64,000 nt of DNA from Lytechinus pictus (taxonomy: Eukaryota): contig NC_087263.1 of NCBI RefSeq assembly GCF_037042905.1, positions 13,580,001 to 13,644,000 on the forward strand. The letters are read 5' to 3'. Below are positions 38,440 to 50,508 of this stretch, in pieces. Each line of letters starts with the position of its first letter. Position 1 is the first letter of the stretch. Made by a program: the position numbers and the translations under genes. Under the pieces are notes generated by a model. That model made no database searches, was not told where the DNA came from, and saw only the letters and a list, made by a program, of their open reading frames with translations.

Positions 38440-39400
38440 CAAGTATTCACCTGAACCCTAAGACTGGGGTGGGGCTGATTCAGCTCTCTCCTTGACATTT
38501 TTCGTGATAAATCTGCTGCTCGAAATTTTTTGACCGCGTTGCTAGCTGACTTTTTACTTTCAAGTCTCGCGCAACTTTTGAGACCAAAATTGTGACCCCC
38601 GGGTACGTGGTTCTGAAATTACGCAACATTTCGTAAGTGCATGCAGACCCAAAATTACTGAAAGACGTGAATTTACAAGTATTCAACTGAACCCTAAGAC
38701 TGGGGGGGGGGGGGGTGGGGTTGATTAAGCTCTCCCCTTGACATTTTTCGTGATAAATCTGCCGCTCGAATTTTTTTTACCGCGTTGCTAGCTGACTTTT
38801 TACTTTCAAGTCTCGCGCAACTTTTGAGACCAAAATTTTGACCCCCGGGTACGTGGTTCTGAAATTACGCAACAATCCGTAAGTGCATGCAGACCCAAAA
38901 TTACTGAAAGACGTGAATTTGCAAGTATTCACCTGAACCCTAAGACTGGGGGGGCGGATTCAGCTCTCTCCTTGACATTTTTCGTGATAAATCAGCCGCT
39001 CGAAATTTTTTGACCGCGTTGCTAGCTGACTTTTTTACTTTCAAATCTCGCGCAACTTTTGAGACAAAAATTGTGACCCCCGGGTACGTGGTTATGAAAT
39101 TACGCAACATTTCGTAAGTGCATGCAGACCCAAAATTACTGAAAGACGTGAATTTGTGTACAAATCTAAAGCAAATAGTGTTTTAGCCAAAATTCATAAA
39201 ATGCATCATTATTTTTCCTTTTACTGCTTAAAATAAATTCATTTTATCTTGTTTATGGTCAAAATAAAGTCCCCGAAAATTTTCATTGAAAAAACAATTA
39301 AAAACAAGAAGTTGAAAAATAAATAAATAAATAACAAAACAATAGAACATGAGAAAATAAATGTGATGATGAATTTTTTTTAATCAGATGCCTATCTAGA
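38440..39400. repeat. Triplicated ~240-bp left end of a piggyBac-like MITE, plus flank
   Basis: aagtattca.ctgaaccctaagactgggg at 38441, 38677 and 38923; only the third unit continues into the element body. Right boundary approximate. Confidence 0.85.
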
Positions 39401-40256
39401 GTATGTAAAACAACAAGTGGAATGCTTCTGGCGGTTATTCAAATTCGCGCGGAAATTTTGAACAAGTTAAACATTTCCCCACGAATTGAAAAATCGTTGG
39501 TCGTCTGTTTGAATTCGCATCTCTTATTTAGTCTGCCGTAATCGTTCGTTTATCGTTTGTGTGTTATTGTCGCGCATAGTCCCTAATCGCGCTTTTTGCC
39601 AAAGTGGACTGATCTCGAAAGAACCCTTAACGAAGCAACACGATGACACAAACGTAAAAAAAAACGCCAGATCTATTCCCTCGTCTTGGTTTCTAATCGC
39701 ACGCCAAATCAAGCAATTGCTCATTGTTCGTTCGTCGTATTGGGTTATATCAACCCTTCGCTTGCCTTCGGCAGCAATTTACTAAAAGAGGTGAACCAAG
39801 AAATCGATATCCTTTAATGTCATATCTATCCTTCTCTTACCGTTCGTTGATAACATTTGACATTAGTTACTGATCGCATGATTTGACGGAAATTTTATTT
39901 GCATTCGTTGAATTCGCGTGCATTTCGTGCATTTTTCCCATTCGTCTCCCTTCGTCCGCCTACATTCAGTCGGGTGCGAGGGGGCTTTAAATTCGGCTAG
40001 ATTCTGGCCACCTTTGGCTCGATTGCTGCCACTCTTCGGGTTGGCATACGGCTTTATGCGGAACAGCCAATATTAATTCGGCTCAATTCTTTGGGATTCT
40101 GCTCTGATTCGGAACGTATTCCAGACCCAATCGTCTCTAATTCAGGGAGCTCCCCGAATCAGAGACGAATAGGTTCCGAACCCTTCGAATTCATCTGAAT
40201 CAGGCCATATTCGGGCAGAATCAGTACAGCTTTATTAGGGAAAATTTGGTTCTCGA

Positions 40257-40329
40257 GTAACTGTGGTCTAGTGGTTAAGGCACCGGCGTTCAAAGCTGGG
40301 GGCCCGGGTTCGATTCTCAGCAGAGACAT
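40257..40329 (+). pseudogene. tRNA-like pseudogene / SINE head
   Basis: A box tggtctagtggtt, B box ggttcgattc, anticodon stem ccggc/gctgg with loop gttcaaa, downstream T-run; mismatches in the acceptor and T stems. Confidence 0.65.
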
Positions 40330-41372
40330 TTTTTCGGCATCACCAATTTTTCCAAAGGGCAGATAGCTCTGGGGAACCTTGATTTAAGCCACGCCTACCA
40401 TTGTTCTCTTCATCCATTTCTTCACAATATATATATATATATATGTGTAAGGGTGTGTGTGTGTGTGTGTCAATATGGATTTCTTAATACCCATACTTTT
40501 ATTCCGATTCTCATTATTACCTTCTTTACAAAAATACATTTTGAAGTCAAAATCATTACACCTGACTCATTTGATTCTTAATACCCAAACTTTTATTTGG
40601 TTTTCATTATTACAATCGTTACAAAAATAGAATTGTCGACTGAGTACGCTATGACTCTACTTTGACTAACCTACTAATGGACAAAATAAAATATAATACG
40701 CTAAATACGTATTATTCAAGCCAATCTGTTTGATTATAAAAAGCGAAAATTGATTTACATAACATATAACAATGTTCGATATTATACCTTAACGTTAAAT
40801 AAAAATTGTCATTAACACAAAGAGTCATTTTCCGGTAATATTCAGAAAGATGGGCGACTAATGATAAAATTTCTTGGAAAAATATTGCATGGTGATATTC
40901 TAGAGGACCTTGTCTTTGCTGAGAACATAAAAAAAAAAAATTCATTTCATATCCCAAAACCATTTTTTCGGCGCACCTTTGCTCACTCCTGGCTCACTGT
41001 GCGCCGATGGAAAAGCGGCGCTTAATAATCTCGCTCTGCTATACAGGCGAGACTCACTAGAAAGCATCGCTTGTTGATATGGGTTTCCTGCAATGTATGA
41101 CTGATTAAAATATGTAGAATTAAAATTGTAATTAACAAGGTTCAAATGATGACAATAAAAAAACAAAGAATAACAAATGGGTCGAGATTTTAAAGCTTTT
41201 TTGTGCTTATTCACTATCTAAAGGGTAGTTTCGTTCGTGTAACTATGGTAAAAATACCACCCCTCTCGTGATTATACATATGCTTCATTTTTAGCATTCG
41301 TTTTCTTTTACGATTCATCTTCAGCAACACCACCAACATTTCATTTTTTTTCTTCAAATAAACATTCATTTT

Positions 41373-41475
41373 CAGGGACCTGGCAACGGAGGATTATCTA
41401 TCGTTACTGGGGTTGCTTTGACAATGCTCAGCACCCCCAGTAACGATATAATAATCCTCCGTGGACAGGGCCCTG
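41373..41475. mobile_element. 103-bp hairpin hAT-type MITE
   Basis: cagggacctg...cagggccctg ends; acggaggattatctatcgttactgggg pairs with ccccagtaacgatatataatcctccgt; 8-bp flanks ttcatttt / ttcatttc. Confidence 0.85.
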
Positions 41476-42448
41476 TTCATTTCTTCCTATTTCAACAAAT
41501 GCATTTTTTCAATGTTATTTAGACAAAAATAATTTATTACAATAGAGTACACATACGTAACAAATTTGTTAACAAAAGGCGGAGTGATTCCAAAAAATTA
41601 GATTCCATAATTACAAAGTAATTAGTACTAAACAAATATAATTTCCATTTATGGACAATGAATAAATACTTATACTTAAAGTTATACAATGTTTATCATT
41701 TGAGCACCTTACGGAAGACATAGGCCTAAATTTAGTACTGTTCAAAATAAACGCTAAAACCATTAACATATCTACAAAAGTTTAATTGTGCACTCGAAAC
41801 ATGGAACGTGGATGTGTGTGTGTGTGGGGGGGGGGGGTTGCACGCCCAATTGGAATGTCCTATGTTTACATTAACAATAATATATACTTCTCATTTTACA
41901 ATCATGTAAAACTGAAATTTTCCTGTTCAATTTCGACCATTCACTCATTTATACCAAAGCATTTGATTTTTGGTTGTAATGTGAACATGACCTGTTTGTT
42001 CGTCGGTCAAATCTTAAATAGGTAAACTCCTCTTATAAGTATTTCATATTGTTGCGTCATTTCACTATACATGATAAAGATGTACCCGCTTTAAGGGCAT
42101 TCATAACTGTAAATTATGGCAACCATAATTGTGTGTGTGTGTTGAGGGTGGGAGGTTCAAAAGAACAAAAGTTAATTCCTATGAGTTATACAGTTAGCCC
42201 GGTGTTTTGCTATTATCAGCACATAACCCCCCCCCCCCTCTCTCACACACATGCGCGCGCACACACACGCCTAGTTAAAAACTGTCCAAATTATTGGTCT
42301 GTATCGACAGGGCGTTGCGTCTGCTCCGAAAGGATTATCATCGACTATCGCATGAGGTGTAAATGTGCCTAATTCGCGGTTATATACACTATATTCACTT
42401 ATCGTGTATCGTTGAAGATGTGGAGTAAGTGATGTCTTTGGAGCCCGG

Positions 42449-42757
42449 TCAGAAGTACGTGTCCAGTGTTCCATTGAATCCTTTACGCTGTTCGCTCCTT
42501 TTCGTGGCGCCATGTTGGTAGGGCCCATTTGTTAAGTAACCATGGTAACCACCGGTTCGGTTTCCGTACGAGAACCCATTGTCGTCTACCGCGTAGTGAT
42601 ACTTGAAGCCGGGAGATGCGTCGTCTTCCATGCCAGAATATAATCCCATCTCAAGCTTGGCGTTCACTTCGTGCAAGAACCGAGGGTCGGTGTGCGCCGG
42701 GAACACGGGGCCGACACTCCTGCTTCGCCTCCGGCCTGCCTTTTCAGAAATGCGACG
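42449..42757 (-). CDS. Host gene, last coding exon: cytoplasmic tail (RRISEKAG...NGTLDTYF*)
   Basis: tttcag acceptor at 42758-42763; phase 0 matches the upstream donor; extends ORF 42449-42706 by 17 codons. Confidence 0.75.
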   Translation of the reverse strand, partial: RRISEKAGRRRSRSVGPVFPAHTDPRFLHEVNAKLEMGLYSGMEDDASPGFKYHYAVDDNGFSYGNRTGGYHGYLTNGPYQHGATKRSEQRKGFNGTLDTYF

Positions 42758-43751
42758 CTGAAAGGTTTGATAGATAAAGGCCCACTGTTGTCATGGTGCG
42801 TTATCATATTACCAATCGACACAATTATCCAGTATTTATATTCACAGCATAATAATACAAAATTACAAGATAAACGATAGTCACGTCAGGCGCACAATAA
42901 AGACAATTCCTCAGTTGTCTAAGGAAATTGAAAATCTATAAAAGTCTTGTTTATATTAACCATTTTATACATAATATACCTTCATAAATTTATGCTGTCG
43001 TTTTCCAAGGATTAAAAGTTGTCTTGCTTAGATAGCTGTTACCAACATTTTATATTATCCAGAAATTATGTCAGGAACAGGTGAACTTCCTCGAATGGCT
43101 TTATGTCACCTAAGGCAGTAGGAAAGCTATGTAATTTGCAGACCATTGCCAAAATCGGCCGTGGTCCGCGTCCTTGAATTGGTTGAATTCACGATTTCTT
43201 CTTTTCTATCATTGTTCCTGTTTGTCGCCATCTATATCGTAAAATCGTATAGATTCTGCAATTGTCCCATTGGACCATCGACCCCCCCTCCTGGATATAG
43301 CTCGTTGCATGCTGCCGCACACACGACCTTGACGCTACAAGATAATTACTCCATGACACAACTGACAGCAAATGTAGGCCATACCATCATATAAGAAACA
43401 ACACACACAGGTACACGCAAGAGAAAGAGTGTGAAATTTCTTGCGCGCTTGTCCTTTTAGAGAACTTTTCAGTTTCATGTGCCCCCCCCCCCCATCGCCT
43501 GTCGCTCTATCCGGTTTTTTTATATCTTTATATCAATGCTCAAGACCTGTGCGCAAATTTGTTCAGTGTATTTCAGTGGTAAGGACGTCCTTATAATGTA
43601 GCGTCGTATGTGGAAATGGCATACAGCAAAGATTGAAATTTTCATTTAAAAAAAATGCTTACACACATATATGAGGTAATACTACGGCAAAGATACATAC
43701 ACGCATGGCCGCTTCTTCTTGGAAACTCTGTAATCATCCATCAAGACCTAC

Positions 43752-44007
43752 CTGTGAAAGAGTATTCTCCATCGGGTATCTTCGCGGTCTAGGACGTCCA
43801 TTACCCCCTGTTGGCCGTCTGAAGTAGCCCGGTATTCCATAAGAATAAGCACCATTCGTTTGCCTCATCTCCCATCTCTTCCGGCGGACAGCGAAGCAAA
43901 CGAAACACGTGGCAACGAAAAGGAAAATGGTCAGGATGGCGATTATGGGGAGGCTGATAATGAGCACTGTGGCAGTGTCCGGTGTGTTTGTTGAGACCAT
44001 ATCTTGT
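43752..44007 (-). CDS. Host gene, transmembrane exon
   Basis: VLIISLPIIAILTIFLFVATCFVCFAV followed by RRKR; cttcaaag acceptor (phase 2); CAG|gtaggt donor (phase 0). Confidence 0.85.
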
Positions 44008-44970
44008 CTTTGAAGATAAAAACGTATATATACACATGGACCTATTAGAGATGGACTCGCATCGGATAGTTTATGAACTCACTAACATGTGACCGTCATT
44101 GTGCTCTAACATTCTCTTCATATTTTTCTACTTTCATCCTACCGTGTCCCGCCTTCAATAAGGCCATGAGCTGAAAGAAGCAGTTCGTGATTAGACATTG
44201 ATATTGCACAAACTGTGTGGCGCAGAAGATGATAAATCACTTAAATCCTGGAAACTCGATGTGCAATTCTGGTTTACCTTTAGCAATATTAGTTCCATGT
44301 ATTTTATTTGGGAAAATGTATGTACAGTACATTTTAAGATAGAGGTAATATTGTGATTTGTAGCCTCTTATTTATAATCCTATTTTTCAGTCAAATTTTC
44401 ATCATAATATCCCAGAGATACATGGCTCATATCCAATACAGAGACATCAACTCTTAATGTTATTGAGGTCATTATGTGCGTGCAGAAATGTGTGGATCAA
44501 ATAATAAAATATTTTATATAGCAAAATCGTCTGCTTCAAATCTAAAGCATGTTGGCAGCCGTTCGATGACGATCCCTATACATGCATATCAATAATCAAC
44601 TAGATGGTAGAGAGGTCTCGCTCCGCGCCATACGACGTATTCAAGGACACAGTAAATGTATTGCTAAATGTCCTTTATGACAAAGGTCAACCAAGAGGTC
44701 TTTGTCGTAATTTGTTTTGTTTTTTCTTTGTCGAAAATTGGTGAATCAAAACAGCAGTTGGACTCTGAACAAACGATGTATTTGCAATTTTTCGTCAGCA
44801 CCGAAACTTACAACGGAAGTGCTGTTCCTATTCATTAAGTTTCGCAAAGCCCTCCCAGCTATTAATTGTCATTTGTCGGGCATTTTCAATATATTTACTG
44901 CGTTCTTTTATTCGTTATGCGTCGTTGTGTGAAAACTCTCTACTGTCCCAAATACACACAGGAAACTCAC

Positions 44971-45070
44971 ATGCAGCGGACTTCTGCAGAGGTGTCGTCG
45001 ACCCTCTCGCATGTAGATCCATCAATACATGGATTTCCCAGGGAACAGGGATTGGTCAGTAGATCAAGGC
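44971..45070 (-). CDS. Host gene, juxtamembrane EGF-like exon (4 Cys)
   Basis: cccacag|...LDLLTNPCSLGNPCIDGSTCERVDDTSAEVRC...|gtgagt; phase 1 in and phase 2 out, matching both neighbours; not in the ORF track. Confidence 0.8.
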
Positions 45071-45387
45071 CTGTGGGTAAAAAAATATTTTAAGGATGAA
45101 ACAAATTACTGCGTGTTTATTATGGAAGATGGGATAGCCGGGGCTGTGGAATATGTATATTTTCTTATTGATAAGGTCATTACGTGTGTGTGGACATTTG
45201 CAACTTTGATTATAACAAATTCTATAACACAGAGATCGTCTGGTTCTTAATTTTGCTGCCCTAAATCTGACGCATATAGATTGAAAGGCATATTCAGCCA
45301 ACGAGGCCAACAATAACCAAGTCCAAGAAAATAAATAATAAAAAACGTATTGGTAGACGCTATTGTTTAAACGGCTGCGTGTCCTTA

Positions 45388-45955
45388 AAGAGTACCGAAG
45401 TGATGACGTCACAAAAACTTTTATTTTTGCATTTTAGCATTTTTGATACCATATCTTGGTAGAGCATGATGAAATACCCCCACTGCGAAAATTTGTTGCA
45501 ATCGGTCAATGGGGGGCTGAGATATCACCTCATGAATACATAATTAGCCCCATTGAAGTCAACGTATCATGGGCCTGGTGGGTGTTTCATAAAGCTGTTC
45601 GTAAATTAAGAGCGACTTTAAGAACAACTGGTGATCCTTTCTTGTGGAAAATTGTATATTCATTGGCAATAGTTAAGCGCGTAAGAAAGGTTCACCAGTC
45701 GTTCTTGAAGTCGCTCTCAACTTACGAACAGCTTTATGAGACGGCACCCTTGTTCTATAAATTAGGAACAGGGCCAAATACATTGACTTTAATTGGGCTA
45801 ATTACGTATTCATGAGGTCATATCTCAGGACCCCATGGACCGATTCGCACCTAATTTTGTTAGTGGAGGTATTTTATCATGCTCCACCAAGATATGGTAT
45901 CAAAAATGCTGAAATACGAATTTGAAAATTGATGACGTCACACGTCGTTACTCTA
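45388..45955. mobile_element. Intronic palindromic MITE with a nested Harbinger-like MITE (45577-45748)
   Basis: Outer arms taccatatcttggtagagcatgat / atcatgctccaccaagatatggta; inner TIRs cataaagctgttcgtaa / ttacgaacagctttatg. Confidence 0.8.
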
Positions 45956-46071
45956 TCAAAAGAAGGCTCGCGCGTTAATTATCTATTTCTAATCGGTCCA
46001 TTGTGAGATATGACTTCCCCATTCTGCTAACAAGAATTCTTATCATGAGGCAAAACCAAATTAAAACTTAC

Positions 46072-46264
46072 TCTGAATGATAATCCCGGAATCCTCAATA
46101 GCAGATATCAGGAATGGTATCAACTGTTGAATTGTTACGTCACCATTAAATGTAACATCGAGTCTGATCCTTGCTGTAATAAAACCAATGACGTCATCAT
46201 TTGCCGAAATTGCAGTTCCGTTTACACTGATAACTTCTGGTAGGCTTTCCAAAGCTTTCACAAT
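46072..46264 (-). CDS. Host gene, SEA-like ectodomain exon
   Basis: ataacag|IVKALESLPEVISVNGT...ARIRLDVTFNGDVTIQQLIPFLISAIEDSGIIIQ|gtaagt; 193 nt, phase 0 to 1. The SEA assignment is inferred from the pattern and position. Confidence 0.75.
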
Positions 46265-46735
46265 CTGTTATGGTAACGAAAAAATAATTAGTGATAATAG
46301 TAAGTGGTCAGTCTGCTAGGCAGGTAGAAATGCATGCAGCACAGTGCCTATATGAGTTTAATACATGAGCCCTCTAATTCTGATTGATAAAGCATATTCC
46401 AATATTTGTAATTATTGTGCGAGAGAAATAACAGAAGTGTTGAATCTTTGAGTGAAATCAGGCCCAACCAATAAACCATAAAGTTTTCTTCAGGTACTGA
46501 ACCCATTGTAGTCAAGCTAGTAGAAATCGCCCCTACTCAAAGTGAAGTTTTATGCTGTTATATGGCACTTGCATGATTTTGGGGTCCCTCATTAACACGG
46601 TTCGATCTTGCCTATTCGTGACAACGCAGACATGAACTGCGTCAATGTTCCATAACATGATAGTATACAAATAATGAATGGTTATGAGTGAAATGGACAT
46701 AATACTTCATAAGGAATTCATTTTCCCATACTTAC

Positions 46736-46830
46736 CCTGTCCTGTAGGCTTTGAACGGCTGATGAACCAGTAGGAATAGCTGCACGTTTTCTAACACCGT
46801 TTTCACCCATGAAATCACCCAACATTGATG
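46736..46830 (-). CDS. Host gene exon with an RKR basic cluster
   Basis: tttttttaag|..SMLGDFMGENGVRKRAAIPTGSSAVQSLQDR|gtaagt; 95 nt, phase 1 to 0. Confidence 0.75.
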
Positions 46831-46923
46831 CTTAAAAAAAAAGAAATGGAACTTACAAGCCTTGTTTAAAGAAGTGGTGTTGTTTAAAAATGGAAACCAA
46901 CTTTTATCATGTCTACATGTATA

Positions 46924-47884
46924 CAGTGCGTATCAAAAAAAGTTTACACTTTGAAAAAATCCTGTAAAATTATACATTTGTAATATCCTGAAGATTTTTC
47001 CACATTTTAACATTGGTACAGATCCATTTAAGCAAATGACGATATAACTATCGAAAAATATTTTCGCTTGAGTGAGCACCACTTACTTTTGAAAATTTAG
47101 TGAAAAATGATTTGCGCAGAACTTTGAATTAGTTATGCAAATAAAAGTAGACCTTAATCATGAAGAAATTATGGAATTTAGCTAGTAAAATTGATTTAAA
47201 GATAACTTTTACATTTTTAAACTTATTTCCTTGCCCAAAACACTTGCGCCCCACCCCACTCCCCCACACACCGAGGCCATCGAGACGATATTTGCTTTAC
47301 ACTGAGCTGTGATTTACATGAAATGGCTTAGGCTTGATTTTAATTTTGTTAATCATTGTCAAGCTTGGGAAAAGTGTGGTTAGAAACAAGTATTAAATGT
47401 AAACCCACTTTAAATGATAAAAACTCAGTGAAAAAATGCTGGAGATGTCTGATATAAACTTTTGTTCAGATTCAGTTATGTCCTCAGATCCAGCAGGCAC
47501 AAAAAGGGTAAAGGTTGTGCCTACTAAATGTTGAAATTTCAATTTGGGTGGCAAAATTGTTACAAAATGCTTGAATGTATCCGTTTTATTTCAATTGACT
47601 AAACGTGCGAGGGAAATGTATGATAAATGTTTCGCAGGGTAAGTTTGATTTGGCCCGTTCCCCTTGACACAGCGTGAAAACGAGCATTTCTGCGCAAACA
47701 GATTTCTGCGAGCTTTACAAAAATGGACAGTGCTCACTCAAGTGTAAAATTCTGTCAAAACTTTTACTTTCATTGGATAGATGGGACCCAAACCCAAGAT
47801 TATATGTGAAAATATTACCCACATGTTGTATATTTTTGAATTTCCAGGGCTTTTTCAAAGTGTAAACTTTTTTGATACGCACTG
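46924..47884 (+). mobile_element. ~990-bp Tc1/mariner-type MITE, copy 3
   Basis: Same TIRs and body as 14242-15229, with small deletions; TATA flanks. Confidence 0.92.
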
Positions 47885-48461
47885 TATATGGATTTACAAG
47901 CCCTTTTAAAACACGTTCGACCTCTCAAAATTCTCAATCGTTAAATGATAATGAAAATCCTGTCTTCATGCAAAATATGTAAATTTATGTAATTTAGCAG
48001 TAATTTTGCATGAATCTATGTGTCAATAGGTATTAATTAGTAAAATGGAATAAAAAGAAGCAACAGTTTTGAATACCTCTATCAGCCCAAAAGCTTCAAT
48101 TTTCCCAGCAACACATGCTATTTAAAATCCTGTTTCCATGCAAAAGTATGTTAATTTATGTAAATCAACAATAATTCATATATGAACGTTTAAATCGTAT
48201 ACACTTAAGATCATTAAAGTCAAAAGATTTAAACGATAATTTAGTACGAATTCGAAAATCTAGCAGCAGTATGTAAAACAAAAATTCTTAATTGTCGACA
48301 TAATTTTGATCGTGTCGATGCTGATCGCCTCCATGGTTCCTGTTCTTGATTGAAACTAATACAAATGCCATTGAAATGAATATTGGGTCACAATAACTTT
48401 TTCTGTATAATGTTTCCCTCGTCCGTTTAATTTATTTCAACTTGAAAATTATGATCACGTC

Positions 48462-48875
48462 ATGCAAAGGTTATTCACGGACCCCAAAAGAAATTTCCGC
48501 CGTATAAGTCGCATTTACTACGGAGACACGTATCTCTGTATATACAACGCATCGATTTCTTTGAAAATGCAGTTCAAATCACAACGGAGAGCTGAGAGGC
48601 TTTTGTCGAAAGTCGGTGGACTGGGGCAGCAGATCATCCAGAGATTTACACCGGACGAACAATTGCAAATATGTCGTTGTCCAGAGCCAAGAGATTCAGA
48701 TGCTTACCCGGTCCACCAATTTTCAACAAAAGCCCCTCAGCTCTCCATTGTGATTTGGCTTGCATTTTCAAAGGAAATCGGCGCGTTGTAGAGAGTTTCT
48801 CCGTAGCAAATGCGAAAAGTCGCTATTTATACGTTGGAAGTTTATTTGAGGGTCTGTGTACAACCTTTCCATGCG
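48462..48875. repeat. Old imperfect palindrome (MITE-like)
   Basis: ttgaaaatgcagttcaaatcacaacggagagctgagaggcttttg versus caaaagcccctcagctctccattgtgatttggcttgcattttcaa; centre ~48670. Confidence 0.8.
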
Positions 48876-50508
48876 TAGTCAATGATCATTGGAGTATACT
48901 GCTTTCTCTAACATGACAGTTGATGTCATCAGGTGCTGACATGGCTTGTAAAAATGCCTCTGGGATGTAACCAACTTTTGCCGATTGTAAAACGCTAATA
49001 CAATGTTGGTATGTAGTAAAACTAGGTTTCAGTATTTCTTTGTCGCAATAATATAACAATCAATTTAGGAAGAAAACAATTGATAAGGGGATAAACATGT
49101 ACATAACATAACTTTGAAACCGCCTTTATATCTAAAAAATTATTTAAACTTTTACAACAAAACAGTGAGAGAATGTAGCTCATATGATACAATGAAAGAA
49201 TCATGAATGCATAAAGTGAATACATTATAAAGTAACATTATTACCTCAAATTGGAAAAGTGCATTGATTTGTGCGCATATGGAAAACCTGTGTGCATCTG
49301 CTCGACAGGCTTTGCACCGTTCGCTACACTATGTGAATTTTGCCTCAAAATTAAAAAAAATCATAAACGTATGAATATTTTTACTTTTGTCGTTTTTGAA
49401 CAGATTCCTTTTATGATATTTATGATCGAAAAAGTTTCTCCGACAAAGTTCATCGAAAAAACCAATTGAAAATAAACTGCTCGAAAAATAATAAAATACA
49501 TAGAAAATTAATTATGTTTTGAGAATTCAGTAATTGAAGAAATTCACACCAGATCTATACTACAAGAGCCGATCGAGAAATGCAGCACGTCAGCAATTCA
49601 ATATCTCTCTCTTAAAAAAAGCAGCAAATAACCGATTAGGCATACTGACACATAGGGTGTTGAGACAAACTGACCTTCTTTTTCTGATACTTTCAATGCC
49701 ATTGCATCATTCTAACGATATGTAGGTTTTGATAAAAGCAGAAAAAATATTGGGAAATGTTTGATGAAAATTCGTTAAAAATAAAAATTTAAATTGTTGA
49801 AGTTTTTGTGGTGTCACAGGCGAACCGGCCCTTTCGTTTATAATTATTTTGAAGGGATTTTATTCGTTCGGGGGCTATTTCCTCAGACACATCATTGTAT
49901 ACTCTTCATGAAAAATATTTCATATTCATCATGTTCCAATAAAAATATAGAATTCGTATTTCACGATGTATGGGGAAGCTGCTCGAACATGACATCATCA
50001 ACCAAAAAAAAAGAAGAAATTTTACGTTTCGTTTATTCTCTGATATATTTCTACGAAGCCTACAGCAGTGTTCTTTTTATTATTATTATACAACCAATTA
50101 TTGTATGGGTGAACTTTCCTTTATTCAAATTGAGCTGTGTCTGATTTAACGAAAAACTTACCTTTTGGGGGGCAATTCGAGTCATTTGTAGAACACTCTG
50201 AAAAGGAAATAAAGAGTGGTACAATGTTTTATCATTGAAATCCAAATAAGTCAACAGTAAAAAATAAATTAAGTTGGAGGCTTATTTAGCTCCCATGGAC
50301 ATTTCGCGATAAATCACGATAAACCGAGAAAAATTACCAAAAGCTCTCCCAGCATTTCTCTCCCAGAAATGCATGTTTCTCATTTTGACCCTTGCATTGG
50401 AGAAACAGGTTTGTAGACCAAATATGTGACACCACTGGATTCCGTTTGTGTTTTTCGATTTGTACCTGCACGCCGGACCAAAATTTGCCCATAAACCATG
50501 TTTTCATA

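Noticed and set aside
48708..49021. Possible host exon with a gtaagc donor
   Set aside because: The phase-compatible frame hits a stop, and the region is largely one arm of the 48462-48875 palindrome.
49251..49340. Plus-strand Cys pattern CIDLC...CICSTGF...C resembling EGF
   Set aside because: Wrong strand for the host gene, incomplete Cys spacing and no clear splice sites; treated as chance.
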